A program made the position numbers and the translations under genes. Of a DNA stretch of 64,000 nt, positions 59,011 to 64,000 are shown piece by piece. The stretch lies in the NCBI RefSeq assembly GCF_009914755.1, contig NC_060928.1. One strand, 5' to 3'. Source of the DNA: the human T2T-CHM13v2.0 reference genome, Homo sapiens. Within the stretch, counting starts at the first letter, position 1. Each line of letters begins with the position of its first letter. The notes beneath the pieces were generated by a model, which saw only the letters and a list, made by a program, of their open reading frames with translations, was not told where the DNA came from and did no database searches.

Positions 59011-60814
59011 GTTTCTAGGGAAACATGAAGACAACTGAGGTGATAGAAACACGGACACCTGAGGATATTTTAGCCTATGGCACCTACAGCAAAGGAAACT
59101 AGTAAACACGGCCTAATTCCTAGCCAGACAGACCAAAAAAACCCACACTAAAGACCTATTTACCTCATTTATTTTTACCCAGTGTCTAATGTCCTACTTT
59201 CAACAAAAATTGAAAGGCATACTAAAAGATAAACAAAATTTAAGAGACAGGGCAAGCATCAGAATCAGACTCAGATATGGTTGAGATTTTAGAATTATCA
59301 GATTATGAATTTAAAACAACTATGATTAATAAGGACTCTAATGGATAAAGCAGATAGCATGTAAGAACAGATGGGTAATGTAAGCAGAAATACAGAAACT
59401 AAGAAAAAAATCTAAAGAGTGCTAGAAATCAAAAACAGTGACAGAAATGAAGTCTACCTTTGATAAGCTCATCAATAGATTGAATAGAGGCAAGCAAAAA
59501 CTCAGTAAGCTTGAAAAAAAAGTCAATGGAAACATCAAAAAAGAAATGTAAAAAGAAGAAAATGAATGAAATAGAGTATCAAAGAAACGTGGGACAATTA
59601 CAAAAGTTGTAACATATTTATAATGAGAATTCAAGAAGGAGGGAGAGAAAAGAACAGAAAAAAATACTTGAAGCAATAATGACTGAGAATTTCCCAAAAC
59701 TAATAACAGACACCAAACCTCCAATCTAAGAATCTCGGAGAACACCAAGTAGGATAAATACAAAACAAAATAAAAAATGAAATCTAGGCAAACCATATTC
59801 AAAAACACAGAGAAAATCTTGAAAGAAGCCGGGTTGGGGTGGAGAGTGGGTGAGCCTACCCAGAGAGAAGTAAAAATAATGATATCAGACTTCTCTCTAC
59901 AACCATGCAAGCAAAATAGATAATGTAGTAAATATTTAAACTGTTAAAAGGAAAAACCCACCCACCTAGAAAAAATTGTTTTTCAAAAGTGAAGTCTTTA
60001 TCAGGAAAAATGAAAATTGAGGATGTTTGTGCTGGTAGACGCTTCTTTAAAAGAGGTTCTTCAGAAAGAAGGAAAATGATATAGATCAGAAACCTGGATC
60101 TACATAGAGAAATGAAGAGCTTTAAAAAAGGAATAAATAAGGGTAAAATGATATCTTTTATTTTTCTTACTTTTAATTGACATAGCAGATAGCAGCTGGT
60201 TCAAAATAATAACAACAATGTATTCGATGATTTTATCTCATGGATGAATGAAATGACTGACACCAATGTTATAAGAGATAAGAGGGAGGAATTTGGAATA
60301 ATCAGTTACAAGGGACTTGTCCTATCTGTGGTAATATAGTATTGCCAAGTGGTAGAGTGTCTTCTGAAAATAAACTGAAATTAATTGAAAATATATATTT
60401 AAACTCAATGGCAACCACTCAGAAAAAGTTTTAAAAATATAATTGATATGGTAAGAGAGAAGAAAAAAAAATCACATTAAATGCTCAATTAAAACCAGAA
60501 AAGACAGAAAAACAGTAGAAGACAAAAAAAAGAGAGAGAGAGAAAGAAACAAAGAGCAGGGGCAACAAGTAGAAAACAATAGCACAGTAACAAACATGAT
60601 AGATAATGATCTAACTATATCAATAATCACTTTAAATGCCAATGGTATAAATACACTCAAAAAAAAAGAGAGAGACTAAGTGCATAAAACTACACCAAAC
60701 TCTATGTTGTCCAAAAACAAACAAACAACAACAACAACAACAACAAAACCCACCCAGCTATAGAGACAAATAGATAAAAGTAAATGAATGAAGAAAGAAA
60801 TACCATTACTATAC

Positions 60815-61168
60815 TATATTAGTTCGCAGGGGCTATCATAACAAAGTACCACATTGACTGGGTGGCTTAAACAACAGAAATTTATTTTCCCACAATTCTG
60901 GAAGTTCAAGATCAAAGTGCCAGCAGGGTTGGTTTGTTCTGAGTTCTTTCTCCTTGGCTTGAAGATGGCCACTTTCTTCTCTTTGTATCGTTACATGATC
61001 TTGCCTCTGTGTGTGCCTGTGTCCTAATTTCCTATTTTATAAAGACAACAGTCATATTGGATTAGGGCCACCCTAATGACCTCATTTTACCTTAATTACA
61101 TCCTTAAAGACCCTCTCTCCAAATACAGACACATTCTGAATTTGGGGCACACAATTCAGTCCATTACA
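60815..61168 (-). mobile_element. MaLR solo LTR (MLT1B/C-like) inside L1M
   Basis: cataacaaagtaccac...ggtggcttaaacaacagaaatttattt...cacaattcagtccattaca. Confidence 0.88.
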
Positions 61169-61979
61169 TTGTTAACACAAATCAAAAGCAGGTTGCAGTA
61201 GCTATATTAGTTTCAGACAGTACAGACATCAGAGCAAGGAAGGTTATCACGGATAAAGAGAGGCACTACATAATGATAAAGGAGTCAATTCTCAAGAAAA
61301 CAAAACAATCCTTAATAAGCATGTACTTAACAATAGATTAGCAATATACCTGAGGCAAAAACTCAAAGAACTGCAAGGATAAACAGATGAATCCACTATT
61401 ACAGTTGCAGACTTAAACACTGCTCAATCTGCAATTGAAAGTTATAGAGCAGGCAGAAAAGCAGTGAAGAAAAACAGCACAATCAATTGAATCTAATTGA
61501 CGTTTATGGACTACTTCATCTAACAACAGCAGACTACCCATTCTTCTCAATCTCACGCAGAACATTCACCAAGATAGACCACATTTCGTGTCCTAAAACA
61601 CATCTTAATAAATTTAAAAGAATAGAAAGCAAACAAAGTATGCTCTCAGACCACAATGGATAGAAACTAGAAATCAAGGACAGAAAGCTATAAATCGTAA
61701 AGACAGACCATTGGTACTTAGACAAAAATTTACATAATTGAATGCATATATTAGAAAAAAAGAAAGATAGAAAATTCAATCATTTAAGCTTCTACCCAAG
61801 AAAACTAGAAAAAAAAGAGCAAACTAACTCTAAAGTAAGCAGCAGAAAAAAATAATATTAATTAAAGTAGAATACAAGACATTGAAAACAGGAAATCAAA
61901 GGAGAAAAATCAATGAAACCATAGAATGGTTCTTTCAAAAGATCAATAAAACGGATACACCTCTAGTTAGGTTAACTAA

Positions 61980-62336
<357 letters not shown>

Positions 62337-62504
62337 AAGAGGGTCTATTTCTGTTGAATCCATAGACATTTAAAAGCTAACAAGGGAATATTACAAACAA
62401 CTCTATGCCCACAAATTTGATAACCAAAATGAAATGGAACAATTCCTTAAGATACAATCCACCAAAACTTACACATAGAAAAACTAATAGTCTAAGTAGA
62501 CCTT

Positions 62505-63212
62505 TGCAATGAAATGAACATTTTTGTGCCCTTAAAATTTATATTTTCAGGCTTGTTGCAGTGGCTTATGCCTGTAATCCCAGCACTTTTGGAGGCAGAG
62601 GTGGGAGGATTGCTTAAACTCAGGAGTTCAAGCCTGGAAAATATGGTGAAGTTCTGTCTCTACTAAAAATACAAAAATTAGCCAGGCATGGTGGCATGTG
62701 CCTGTAGTCAGAGCTACTCAGGAGGCTGAGGTGAGAGAATCTCTTGAGCCCATGAGGTGAAGGTTGCAGTGAGCTGAGATGGAGCTTCTGCATTTCAGCC
62801 TGGGGCCACAGAGCAAGATTCTGTCTCAAATAATAACAATAATAATATAATATATATATATTTCAAAATATTATATATATATATTCAGAGCCTAATCCCA
62901 GTATGATGGTCTTTGGAGGTGTGGAGGTGGGGCCTTTGGGAACAGTTAGATTATGAAGGTGGAGTTCTCATGAATGGAATTAGTGCCCTTATAACAAGAG
63001 GTCAGAGAGCTAGGCAGCTCTCTTTCTGCAATGTGAGGACAAGCAAGAAGACCACCCTCTCTAAATGAAGAAGAGGACACTCACCAAGAACCAAACCATG
63101 CTGGCATCCTGATTTAGGATATTTAACCTCCAAAACACCAAGAAATGAATGCTTGTTGTTTAAGTCATTCAGTCTGTGGTAATTTGTGTAGTAGCCTGAA
63201 CTGATTATGATA
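62505..63212 (+). mobile_element. MaLR solo LTR (MLT1A-like) inside L1M, split by an Alu
   Basis: cctaatcccagtatgatggtctttggagg...atgaatggaattagtgcccttataa...ccatgctggcatcctgat. Confidence 0.85.
62550..62850 (+). mobile_element. AluJ-like, followed by a TA-rich tract
   Basis: Dimeric Alu with ggaggattgctt and cttgagccc; (AAT)n tail. Confidence 0.92.
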
Positions 63213-64000
63213 TCTTATATCTATAAAAGAAATTAAATCAATAATAAATAACCTTCCAAAACAGAAAGCAGCAAATGAAGATGGGTCTACTATTGAATTC
63301 TACCAAATATTTAAGAAAGAAACCAATTCTTTAAAATCTCTTACAGAAAATAGGAGTGGAGGGAATATTTCCTAATTTATTTTACAAGTCCAGTATTACC
63401 TTAATACCAGAACCATACAAAGACAACACAAGAGAAAACTACAACAAATATCAAACCTAGATACAAAAATCCTCAATAAAATATTAGCAAATCAAATCCA
63501 ACAATGTATAAAAAGAATTATATATCATGACCAAAAGTGATTTATTAGTGTATGAAAATCTAGTTAAATATTCAAAAATCAATTAATGTAATCCATCACA
63601 TCACAAAGCCAAAGAATAAAAATCACGATTATGACAACAGATGCAGAATAAACATTTGACAACCCATTAATGATAAAAACTTTCAGCAAACTAGGGATCG
63701 AGGTGAACTTTCTCAACTTGGTAAAGAATAGCTAAGAAAAATCTACACTTAATATCACACTTAATGACAATTAACTAGAAGCTTTCCTGCTATGGTGAGG
63801 AGGATGTCCTTGCTCATCACTCGTTTTCAATATTGTAATGGAAATTCCAGCTAAAGCAATAAGACAAGAAAAGGAAATAAAAGGTATTAATATTAGGAAG
63901 GAAGAAGTAAAACTTCATTTGCAGATGGCATAATTGTCTACATGGGAAATCTCAAAGAATCAACAAATTACTAAATTAATAAAATATTATTTTCAGTCTG

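Noticed and set aside
59422-59910. Longest ORF in the track (162 aa, F/L/S-rich, membrane-like)
   Set aside because: Antisense reading of A-rich degenerate L1 ORF1; compositional artefact.

Overview
AT-rich, repeat-dense primate genomic DNA (Alu content implies a primate, human-like), intronic or intergenic in character. No intact protein-coding gene can be recognised; most ORFs in the track come from Alu/L1/LTR sequence or are chance ORFs. The window holds 16 Alu/FLAM elements (most with target-site duplications), several L1 pieces (a 2.7-kb antisense L1PA, an inverted L1PA, and a >6-kb old L1M with nested insertions), ERV1/MaLR/ERVL solo LTRs, hAT-type MITEs, and MIR/L2 relics. The one recognisable gene-derived sequence is a tail-less processed RACGAP1 fragment (58488-59010) inside an L1 5' region. 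Most notable unexplained structures: (1) a ~570-bp head-to-head palindromic minisatellite of self-complementary 30-mers inside an L1 3'UTR (41825-42396); (2) a CpG-retaining segment with an RFX X-box, an ATG and in-phase short candidate exons (40733-41084); (3) a candidate exon whose donor runs straight into (GT)20, resembling a TDP-43-repressed cryptic exon (45169-45420); (4) a set of minus-strand candidate exons. Repeat subfamilies were called by eye from recalled consensus motifs, and all exon models are untested hypotheses.
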